DNA of 58,987 nucleotides, the filler included, from Platydemus manokwari (lineage: Eukaryota): the NCBI GenBank assembly GCA_037951405.1. It is 4 parts of 4 records of this genome, joined end to end, with 100 filler letters (N's around TTAATTAATTAA, not from the genome) between each part and the next. Parts side by side here need not be neighbours in the genome. Positions count along the whole stretch, not along the records: positions 13,322 to 28,114 come from JBBMOY011392536.1; 3 more parts are not named here. One strand, given 5' to 3'. Shown here in pieces: positions 13,413-25,400 of this stretch. The stretch's first letter is position 1. Every line of letters starts with the position of its first letter. A model generated the notes under the pieces. The model did not search any database. It saw nothing but the letters and a program-made list of their open reading frames with translations, and was not told where the DNA came from. Both the position numbers and the translations under genes were made by a program.

Positions 13413-16400
13413 ATGCTCAATGGTGGTGTCTTTGATGACATGGGCACTACGGTAATCAATATTGATTTCATATATTATATCAAATACAAATATACCATCA
13501 TTTCCAATTAGATTCCATCAGTTAATTTATCAGAAGCCTTAAAACATGAATATCGACAAATGATGAATGCTTTGAAAGAGCTTGAAAGCATTTTAGGTTG
13601 TAATCGTAAAACTAGTGAAATCAATTTTCCATCTGTACAATCTAATACCGACACAGAAGTTTGTCTTATACTATGTTCTATGCTATATAAATATCATCAA
13701 TCTTTATTTGATTATTGGGAAATTATTATTTATAATTTTTATTTTACACTTCAAATAAAGATTTACAATTTGAAAATGTTGACTGTGCCCAGGTTATACA
13801 AAAAGATATTCTTTTTGAATTCATAATATTGGTAAAAAATGTGTTTTGAATGGTTTGTTTACTTGAAAATTAAATAAATACATGAATCTAGCAATAGGGT
13901 TTTAATTATAATTATAATTTTAATTAATTATAAGTCTGTTCTTCATTTATGTTTTATTAAAATTTCATTCGAGTAGTCTGGGATCAGTGCCATTTTAGTC
14001 TCAGAGTTCATATCTCTTGATTGGAAAAACTCAATTCTCGTTAAGATTACTGCCTTGCGGTCATGCAACCCTCTTTCTTATGATTAGTCGAATCTCAAAA
14101 CCAATTAAAATCTATCATGTACTATAATAAAGTTTACAAAATATGATCGAATATTTACATTAAAAGGCTTCAATAATGAATATAAAATTGTTTATCTTGG
14201 TGATGAATTTTAAACATCAATTATTATTATAAGTGAATCCATTCTGAAATTATAATGATCACATTTTGATCCACTATTGGAACATATCGACTTGTATAAA
14301 TGATGGATTGCACAGTTTTAATTTTAATTTTATTGTATACCATAATTTTCAATATAAAAATCGAATAATTAAATAAATTTTCATGTAATGCCTAACATTT
14401 TCTAACAACATAAATAATGTTAATACCAATGAATGGAATAAGAAAAATGAAAATACCAGTTATGTACCTAAAGTGCAATCAAAGTTCACTCGTAAATAAT
14501 AGCCAAGTCAGATAATATTATATTGGGTTCAAAATTCACAGTTGTTGAGGTTCTGCTTATTGTGGATTTGAAGACATGTCTGGATCGGATGAATCGAAAT
14601 GAGTATAAAACATGTATGGATCTGTTGAATCGAAATGAGTATAAAACATGTATGGATCTGTTGAATCGAAATGAGTATAAAACATATCTAGAAACAGACC
14701 ACTAGGTGTTAATGTCAAGAATTCATTCAGCAAATATGCACACGAGCTGTAATGTTAAAAAAATAATTTATTCAACATTTTAAATTGTTTATTGAACATT
14801 TTTTGGTTATTTGAATTTCTTTTTAATATTTTTGATAGTTCTATCAATGTTTTTGTAAGTGTTCATATTAAAGGATTAAAATTTGCATAAATATTTTGCC
14901 CAATTGTATTGTATGGTTTTACTAAATCTTTATGTGGTTAGAGATCAGTTAGGAATGATTTGTTAATTCATAGGTTCATCAAATGCAACGAGAAATCTAC
15001 TTTCGTGATTCTCTCATTAAGTGCCTGTCGGATCGGTTAAAAGTTCTTTGTAAAGCAAATGATAAATTGATCATCGATTATGAAAATCAAGAAAATATAC
15101 TTTCCGAAGAATTAATCTGTTTGAAACGTCAACTTGAAAAAGCTAAAGATGCTCTACGATCGTTATCAGCTTTAAAATCTCGTTCCAATATATCTATAGT
15201 TCAAGATATCGAGAGCGAAACTTATTATTTGAGAGAATCTCTTCGAACGAAAGAAGTGATGATTAATGATTTGAAACATAGACTGGACAAAGTACTTTGT
15301 GATAATTCCGCTTTGAAATGTGAATTGGAAAACAAGAATTCAATCAATTCCCGTTATGCTTCCAATCAACTTGAACGCGAATTGTCATATAGTAGTCGCA
15401 AGAATGAACAATTACTGGCAGAAAATGAATCACTGAAATCGAAACTTGAATGTAAAAATCAAATAATCGATGAATTGAAAATGAAATTGAATTGTGAAGT
15501 TATGGATCTACAAGATCATTCGATGATCAATCAACTGAGAGAAGAATTATTGTTAGCAAACGAAGAGAACGAAATGACAAAAGAAGCAATTATGGAACAG
15601 TCAGACATGTTAGAAGATTTTAAAAGTCAAATAAAAATTCTCTCCGAAAATAATAAATTCAAGGATGAAACAATAGCAGAATTGCGGTGTTGTGTTCGAA
15701 AGTTAAGCGAATGTTCATCTCCAAACGTACCGATACGAGATACATCTCGAGTCAAGGTAACTGATGAGAGAGCATCTCAAAGCTTGGATTCCAAAAATCA
15801 CAATGTAAATAGCCTATTGAACACCATAAAACGTTATGTTAATCAAAATAAACCAGATTTAATACGAATATTTGACAACGAATTAGATCCTTATAGTTCT
15901 TTGGAAAAATTCTTTATGGATATCATTGGAATGATCAATAAAACAGATGTCAATACCAATGACGTTGAATTATTTAAAGAATTTTTGACTAAAGAAATTA
16001 ATTTAAAAAATAGTATTCTAAAATATTTAACAACAAATCTCACTGGTGAAATAGATAGTTTGGAAAAATTACAATCTCAAATGAATTTGATTCTATCATC
16101 TGATATGGATCGGGGATTCAAAACCGATTTGAAGAATTATCTTCATCAATGTTTCCTTTTGGACGATAATTTGAGATTGATTATCGAATATCTTGTGGCC
16201 ACCATTAACCAAATTTCCAATAAAGTTAAAGCATTATCATCAGAAAATCTCATTTTGATTGAAAAGAATGCCATGTATGTACCGAATAAATTACGTGATA
16301 TCCAAAGCATAGATACTAATTCTCGATTGACTACCACTACAACGAATACTCACGAATCTACATATAATCAACAATTAAACGATTATATCCAACAAATAAA

Positions 16401-19400
16401 ACATTTAGAAGAAGAATTAAAAATTCTAAATAATCTTTATCAACAAGACAAACAGAAATATCAATTGGAAATCGATTCCAAAAACCAACAACAGAATGGT
16501 CTCAATAAAAAAATAGCCGATCTGCAAAGGCTGCTCGATGAAAAGACGAATGTGGAATCTGATCTCCAGAAATTAAATTCGGATTATCAAGAATCATTAA
16601 AGAAATCCAAACAATGTCAATTCGAATGCGATAATTTAAAAGGCGAACTGGAAGTTCTGTTAATGAAAAACCAACAACTGGAACGGAATTTGAATTTGAA
16701 AAACAATGAATTGGAAAATTTGGAAGCATCCATGCGACGAGTGTCCGATCAATTCACCAATTTGACATCGACACAAGAAACGGTGAAGAAATCCATGGAA
16801 AACATGAAAGATGCCGAAATTGAAAGGTTGAATAAAGAAATCCAAGATTTGAAAAACAAAATCAACGAATCTTACGAAATCAAACAATTGAATAATGAGT
16901 ATTTGAATAAGATTTCAGCTTTATCGAAAACGATTGATTCATTAAATGGACAGAATCAAGAAGTACGGAAAACAGTTGATGATTTACAACAAGATTTGGA
17001 TAAATGCATCAAGGAAAAATTGGAATTGGTTGAGTCGATAAATCAACTCAAAGACGAAAACAACAAAGCAATCGAAGAATTATTATCGAAGGTCCGTCTT
17101 GAAACGAAATCGAAATCCATTCAAACTGATCATGCTGATGAAAATCTTCAAGCAAGCATGCAACTACGGACGAGTGTCAATAGTTTGAAAATCGAAAACA
17201 AATCCATGGAGATCAAATATCAATCATTGCTTTCTGAAAACAACGCTTTGGAGAATCAATTGAAACAATTGCGCAATAAAATTAATGAAATCAATCGAAA
17301 TTGTGAAGAAAATCATATTAGTAAACATTTAATGCAATCAGAGAACGAACAGTCGGAATTGTGTAAACAGAAAGTCGTGGATTTGGAAACCATTTTGGCT
17401 TGTCTAACTGATGAATTGAATGAGAAAGTACAATTGGTGGAAAATTTACGAAAAATGGTTAGGCACGATTCCGGATCCCAACAGAATTTAGATGCTTGTG
17501 CAGATCTCAATGATTTGGTCGAAGTCAATCGACAATTACTTTTACAGAAGGAATCAGAAATTGCATTTTTAAAATCGAAAATTGATGCTATAGAAGCAGA
17601 GCGATGTTCACAGCTCTTTCAACAGAAAACTAGTATCACCACTGACCGTTCATCAGGAAGAGAATCACAGGTCAGGAATCTATTGATTAACATCAGTGAT
17701 TTGGAAAGGCAAATCGATAATTTGAATCATCAATTGACTGAACGTAGTGAAAACATCACTAATTTACAGAAATTATTGAATGAAAAAGATGAAATCATTG
17801 AAAACTCACACAAAGTCATCAATGCTAAATCTGAATCTATAATTGAATCAGAAAAAATGATGAAATTATTGTCAGTAGAAAATATCAGCATTAAAGATGA
17901 ATTATCGACGAAATTACAAGATGAAAATCAAATAAAACTGTTGAAGTCTACCATTAGCAATCTGACTGCTGAAATCTTGAATCTACGATCAGAAAATGAT
18001 CAATGTCGAACCGAAGTCAACAAATTGACTACCGAGAGAGATAGTTTAAAATTGAAAGTCCAACAAAATGATTTGTCACCACAAAAATCCTTCATCCATT
18101 CACCACAAATAAGTGCTCTTCCCGATAATTCCGTTCAACAAATCAATAACGAAATTCAAAAGCTCTACATCGATTTCGAAGGCAAAAGCAATGAAATCAA
18201 GGAATATTCATTGAAAGAAATAAAAAATCGTGACAAAAAGATTGATGAATTAAATTTAGACTTGAAATTGAAATCTGATCAATTCACAACGATAATGTTG
18301 GAAAATCGTCGTTTGCAAGATCGAATTGAAGATGATTCACAACGATCCAGTAAATATGAACAGAATCTTCTGTTGAAAGAACAATTGTTGGAAAAACTGT
18401 TGAAAGAAAAGGAAAAAATTCGAGCTACATTCATCACGGAATTGCAAAATAAAACTGAAGAACTGGAAGAGAAAACCAAAACCGTTTATTTTCTCAATGC
18501 TGAACTGCATCGATTGGCTTCAGAAGTCGAAATCTTGAACTCCGAACTTCATGTCGTTAAACTCACGGACAAATTCAGTGTTCAATCGAAAAATGCTTTG
18601 GAAATCACTCAAGCGAATTTGGATTGTTTACAAACCGAAAACAATTCTCTAAAATTGTGTGTAAATCTGAAAATGGCTGAATTGGAATCCATGAAAAATG
18701 AATTGACCATAAAACAAATCAATAATAAAGCCTTATCGGATGAGGTTCAATCATTAACTTCCAAATCCAATGAATATAGAGCGAGCTATGAAATGATGAA
18801 ATCGAACGAAATCAATCTCCAAGCAACGATTGAATCTTTGACGAATCAACTGAAAGAAATTCAAGACGATTACCGAAATATTGTCCAATCCAAAAACCTG
18901 TTAGAATCAGCCGTAAAAGATTTAGAATCACAAAATTTCAGTTTGAAACAAATAAAAGAAAAATTGGACAACGAAAAAATAGGATATCAGGCTGAAATTG
19001 ATGAGTTGAGATCTAAAATTGATAGTCTAACCAACAGTTTAATAGACAGTAAGAATAAAATTGCCCGTAATTCCATTAAATATGAAAATGAACAAGATGA
19101 AGTGCGACGTTTGACGGATTTGCTGGAGGCAAATCGAAAATCAATTAATAATAAAGAAGAAACTCTCGTACAAGCGATGCAACAAATCGATGAATTATCG
19201 GAAGAAAATTCCAAATACAAAATGGAGATTGATCAATTATCAAGACAATTCCAGGAATTGCAAGAAGATTATCGTAAATTGACGGCAAATTTAGACAAAG
19301 CCAATGACGATGTAAAATCGAAAGAAAACGAGTTGATCAAATATCGAGAAATGGAATCTCAATTGAATAATAGTTTGAGACGGAAATCCGGAGATTGTGA

Positions 19401-22400
19401 ACAGTTGAAAAATGAATACGATCAATTGTTGAAGCAATGTGAACATTTCCAACAAAAAATGGATCAATTGGAAATGGAAGAGAAACAATCGTACAGAATG
19501 ATCGAACAAAAAGCATCACAAATCAGTTACATTCAAGAGAATTTGGAGCACGCAAAGAATCAATTGTTTATAACAGAAGATAAATTGAAAACATGCAACA
19601 GTCAATGGTTGGATAAATATGGGCAGTTGAAAAATAATTTTGAACAAATGGAATATGATTTTAACAATCAGTTGGACGCCATAACACAGGAACGAGATGC
19701 ATTGGAAGCCACTGTCAAAAATCACAACAACAAATTGAACAATATCACTGAGAATAATCACAAATTAAATGAAGAAAATGTCCAGTTGATGCGTGAAAAT
19801 TGTTTGAAAAGTCAAGAAATTGATAAATTATCCTGTGATAAGAATTCGTTGCAAAATTGCAATTTGAAAATGACATCACAGATCGAGTCAATCACCAGTG
19901 AATTACTGGCCGCTCATACGGAAATCTGTGAATTAACCGTGCAATTGCATGAAAGTCAATCAAAAATCAATGAATTTTCATTTAAACTCAAAGAAAATCT
20001 GTCGACAATTCGACATTATGGCTCGCATCCGTTATTGAATCAAGCTGATCTCTGCAATTCCGACCATTCCAATTTCGAACAGAAAGATTATTGTGATCTC
20101 AGAACTCGATATAGTGCATTATGTAATCAAATTGATAATTTAATCTGTCAATTGAAAAAGAAAGACAAACGAATTATGGATATGCAGAAAGATCATGATT
20201 GTATGGCACATAAATTGCTCAATTACGAACAAATCCAATGCGATTATCAAGATCTCGATTACAAATATCAACAATTGAAAGATGATTTCAACAATCTATC
20301 CCAGTATTATCAGAATATCAATTATTCTCATCGCCATCAAAATCTTCAATTTCAAGATCATGATATCAATCTTATTCAAGTTTGTGCTGATGAATTACAA
20401 GATACCATCAATTGTCAGAATCAACAAATCGACGATTTACAATCTTCCAATCAAGTTCTGATCAATGATTATCAAATGTGTTGTGAAAGATTGAAACAAT
20501 TGGAAGAACAGGTCCAAGTGGATAATATGGAATTGGAAAAATGGCATCAAGATTATTGTACTGTGGAAAACAATTATAAACAATTGGAAAACAAATACGA
20601 CCAATTAAAATATGCATACGATGAATCTGCTTCACGAAATGATCAAATTAATGAATTGAAGCAGGAATTGACAGATAAAAACACACGAATTATGGAAATA
20701 ACTAACATCAATGAAAACATTGAACAACAATTAAATTGTCAAAATCAAATCATTGGTGATTTGAGAATGAAAATCAACAATATGGAATCGTTTTATGAAC
20801 AGGAACTCGAAATGTGTCGACACGATTTATCAATGTTCAAATCTACCAGCAAACCTTTCGTTACCAATGAGATGCACGAGAAAATCAACTGCCTCAAAGA
20901 AAAGAACCAATCATTAGAATGTGACATTCTCGATCTGCAAAACCAATATCACGATCAATGTATGAATTATGATCGATTGAAACAAGATCATAAATGTGAA
21001 ATGATTAAAGCCGAAGAGTTGAGACGTGAAATTGAAGAACACTGTGCCAATATCCACAAGCTTTCGGCACAATTATTCGATAAAAACGATTTGATCGAAC
21101 AATTAACGAATGAAAATCACGAAATTCATATGAAATTAGAAGCAAATCAACAAAAAGTTAGTCAATTGAAAGAACAAACCGATAGTTTGAATCGATGTTT
21201 ATCAGAAAAAAATAGTGAATTAATTATAAGCCAAAAGAATTTGGAAATAGCTGAAAAGAATTCGGTATTGAAACAAAGAGATTCGGCAGATCTTTCCAAT
21301 CATAGTAAATATCTATCGGAACAACTAGGCCAACGAAACAGTGTGGTAGACAAATTGAAATCGGAATTAGCTAATTGTTATAAAACAGTTGATGATATGA
21401 AACAAGAACAGAACCAGTTCTGTGAGGAATTGAACATTTTGAATCGATTGATATTGGAGAAGGACCAAATAATTTTTGATAAAAATGAACTATTGACTCA
21501 ATATTGTAAAGAACTCGAATTGAATTATGAACTCATTCAGAAACTGCAATGTGATCGAAATCCAAAATCATCGATTATTTCCGCAAAAGAATTCTGTGAA
21601 ATGAAAGTACAAAACGAAAAGCTAACAGACGAATTGGAATATTTACAACAAAAACTAGATAGCAATGGTAAATTGTTGGAATCACAGACCAAAAGAGACG
21701 TTCAAGAAGTCGATGTCAATCAAAGGGAATATTTATCACAAGTATCTAGCCCTGCTTCAGACTATAGGGTGTACAATGAACAAGAGCAGTGGATAAAACA
21801 TGAATTTGAAAACGTAAAATCTCCAGGATCCCCATTAACATTTACTTCAAGCAAATCAGTTGCATGGCAGAAAACCCATACAGATCAATCAGAAAATGCT
21901 GGATCGAAAATTTACGAATTACAAAAAGCTATTGATGAATATAATACATTAGTAACAAGCATCGAGTTATCCGAAAGTGGACTACATCCTTTGGATAATC
22001 AGCCATTGAAAAGGGTGTCGAAATCTACCAAAACTCCATCTCAAACTAAAGCTTCTTTGACAGAAGTAAACAATTTAGATCAAAAAATTGATATCGATTT
22101 ACCGAGTCCTGATGAAGCTGATGTTTATGTCGTTGATGTTGATTCAATGGTTGCTCAAACCAGAACACTTGATCAAAACGTTCCAATCGATGTTCAAAAC
22201 GTAGCTAATGAAGAACTATTTCAACACGTATCACAAATGGATGGTTTCGTTACGCCTAATCAACCGGATTTCAAAGATGTAATAGATTTATTGAAAAATT
22301 GTAACGTGCAAATCGATTATGATGAAACAAAGGAATCGTTTGAAACATATTTCTCTCGAATTATGCAAAAATACAATGAGTTAGAACAGTTTTATTTGGC

Positions 22401-25400
22401 ATCAATGAAAATTAATCTTGATGATGAGCAAGATCCTGCCAATTACAGAAGTATGGAAATTTTCACGGAACTATTTGAAAAATCCCAACAAAAATTGATT
22501 CAGCATTGTCAAATTTTAAAATCATCAATTGCCTACAATACATTAGGAGTTACTGATGAATTTCAAACGACAAATGAACAGAAATTGTCGTTGGAAGACA
22601 TAAAAAAGTTTACTAATATGATAAGCACTCAACAATTACAATTGGCTGCTCTTCATTTGACACATGATAATTTGGAAAATATTTCTCCACATAGAGATTC
22701 CAAATCACATAGAATAACTCCAAACCTTTTGAATGAAGAATATCAAAATATTTGGTTGAATGAAGATTTATGTAATCCCAATATTAGAATGTCAGAATTG
22801 AATGTTCGTCAAATGTCCTTGGAAAGCAAAAAGACTTCGCCCGTAAAAAGTCCAGATAAAGTACTGGCAAAAACTTCAATTAAATCACCGATAGATAGTG
22901 TAAATATCCAAACCACTGGTATTTCTATCAGTCAAAAAGCCAGCATAAAAAGCGAATCTCCGAAGTTTCGATCTGGCAGCATTTCAAATGTGGTCACACC
23001 TCAAGAAAGTGTTCAAAGTAGACAACCATCAAAAAATTTGCAATCCGCAAATCAATTTAGTGAACCAGAAAATAAAAGGCTTTCATCCAAGCCGGCAACT
23101 GCCAAAATGGGATCGTCTTTCATTAAAAATGATACAGTATCAATCAACTTTGGTCGAGCATCAGAGTTAAATAATCAAGCAGAATCTGTCAAATCACAAA
23201 TGCCACAAGAAATGGAAACTCGCATTAATCCTTCGACGGTTAAAGGTTCCGAGAGCAACAAAAATGTTGGACCGAAATTTCAACAGCAGTTCTATCAGGG
23301 AGTCAGCATGTCGGAAGGTAAAACACATGCAATCAATAATCTCGAAGATAAAATCAGTCGTGCATCGGTGGGTCAATTTGAAAAAGAGATGCATCAATTA
23401 AATAATATTGATTTTGAAAATTTTGACAGTTCAATCAATATGAAAGATCGAGTACGAATCTATTCGGCTGAAATTGATTATTTAAACGAAAAGAATCTAT
23501 TCAACACATATGCAATTAATGCTTTGACAAATTTGGCACAATATCCTCAAAATTCTAATTTCATCAATCAACTTTCTGATTCTCTAACCGCAAAAGCCAA
23601 ATTCATTGATTCACTACAATCTGATTTCAAATTTGATCCACACATTTCTAAAAAAGAAAAGGAATTAATCAAGAAAATCCTTGATCCGAAAAACGATTTA
23701 ACATTTAGAAAACTCTTTGATGGTTGGGTTGGTGAAGTGCGTACTTCGGAAAAACGTGAATCTCAATCGAATTTATTGAGTAAAATAAATGATTTGACCA
23801 AGAAATTGGAACATTGTCAATCACAACTGGATTCGCCAGGAAAACCAGGCAAAGATAAAATAATAGAAACATTGATCTTTGAGAAACAATGTCTGATTGA
23901 TGAATTAAATGAATGTAAAATAAATGTAGCCAATGCCAGTGGTAAATCGAAAACAATGAGTGCTAGTGCTAACGACACGTTAAATTCACAGTTGCAAGAA
24001 TATAAAATGACAATCGACAGAATGTCTAAAGAAAATCAAAGCTTAAAAGACGTTATAAAATCAACTTCTGAAAAAGCTCAATCGCTGGGGCTACAAAATG
24101 AGTCAGTGAAACAATCAAAAATACCACTTCTCAAAGGATCAACAATTGAAGGACAATTAGCAGCCGTTAGTTTCTTTTGTCATAATTATTTGACCAATTA
24201 ATGCTTCAAATATAAATTTAAATAACTTTTCTGGATTACATTTATCGTTTAAAATAGTTATTGAGGTATAGTAATAAGAATGTCAACATTAGAAAATCCC
24301 AATTTAACCTTATAAGGAAATCAGTATCATTATCAATCGATTTAAATTTACATTACCGAGAGAAATAAGCATTAAATTGACATCACTGAAAAATAAATAT
24401 TGATTATCATTACTATTAAATAAATAAACAATCCAAAATAATAAAATAGATTTTACTTATGACATGTATTATAAATTGTTTTTATTTAGTCAGTTATTTT
24501 CCATTGTATTTAAGAAATATAGTTGTTGTTGAATTTTACGATTATTCAACAGATATTCGAGTATGATATGTTTCTAGTATGTATTTGGAGATTTGTGCGT
24601 GAATCGAGTACTCTTTTAACGTTAACTTATACTAAGAGCTTCGCCCTGTGTGCTATTTAAGCACCTTGATATTATATAAGTGTAATATAAATATATTTTT
24701 AAACGCCATTCATACTTTTCTGTGTCGAACCTATACTAAGAGAAGGAGTTACATTTCAATATCAGTTGAGTTAATTGTAGGTTATAAATATTAATAATAA
24801 CGATAATATCAATAGTAACATTAGAAATAATAATAATAACAATAGAATAATTAAATTAAATTTCCTTGACTATACAGCTTGGAGAAATTCTCATTATATA
24901 AGTCTGTTAGTTGTGTTATGAGCTATAATATGTTGAATTTCTTGAGTGAAAATCGATATCAGAATTTTTTAATTTAATTTTCAGGTGGATCGAAAATCTG
25001 TGAAATGGGAAGATGCTAATAAGCGTATATTTTCCGATATGACCAATATTTCCAAAAATATCGCACAAACAGCTGAAAGTCTTTCACCTTTCAAACATTC
25101 AAATCACAATACTGATGATCTTGTTAAGGCATCTAAAGATATGATGAATGCCACGGGAAAAGTTAATTTCATTTTTGATTTTATTTGGAGATATCTGATT
25201 AATTTAGATGACTCAAGCTATCGCTGATATTAGACAACATGATATGCTTGGAATTGGAAATAAAGATGAGAAATCATTGTTACAATCTGCAGGAAAACTG
25301 GTTTCTCCCGAAGATGTCAAATTGGCTATTGCTGCTGAGACATCCATTGAAAGTCTGAGACAGTTTTCTTTGTTATTAGCAGAAGATAATTTCGATCTGG

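Noticed and set aside
14575-14686. 36-bp repeats as a CRISPR array or repeat-coding ORF
   Set aside because: Head to tail with no spacers, inside a eukaryotic intron, no cas genes; a simple minisatellite.
16146-23956. Many short antisense and alternate-frame ORFs inside the giant exon (and likewise over the ETS and ERM exons)
   Set aside because: Shadow ORFs caused by the codon bias of the real CDS.
14983-24201. Treating the 3072-aa ORF as a complete single-exon gene
   Set aside because: Phase-compatible splice sites at both ends link it to in-frame flanking exons; the last 11 codons read into the intron.
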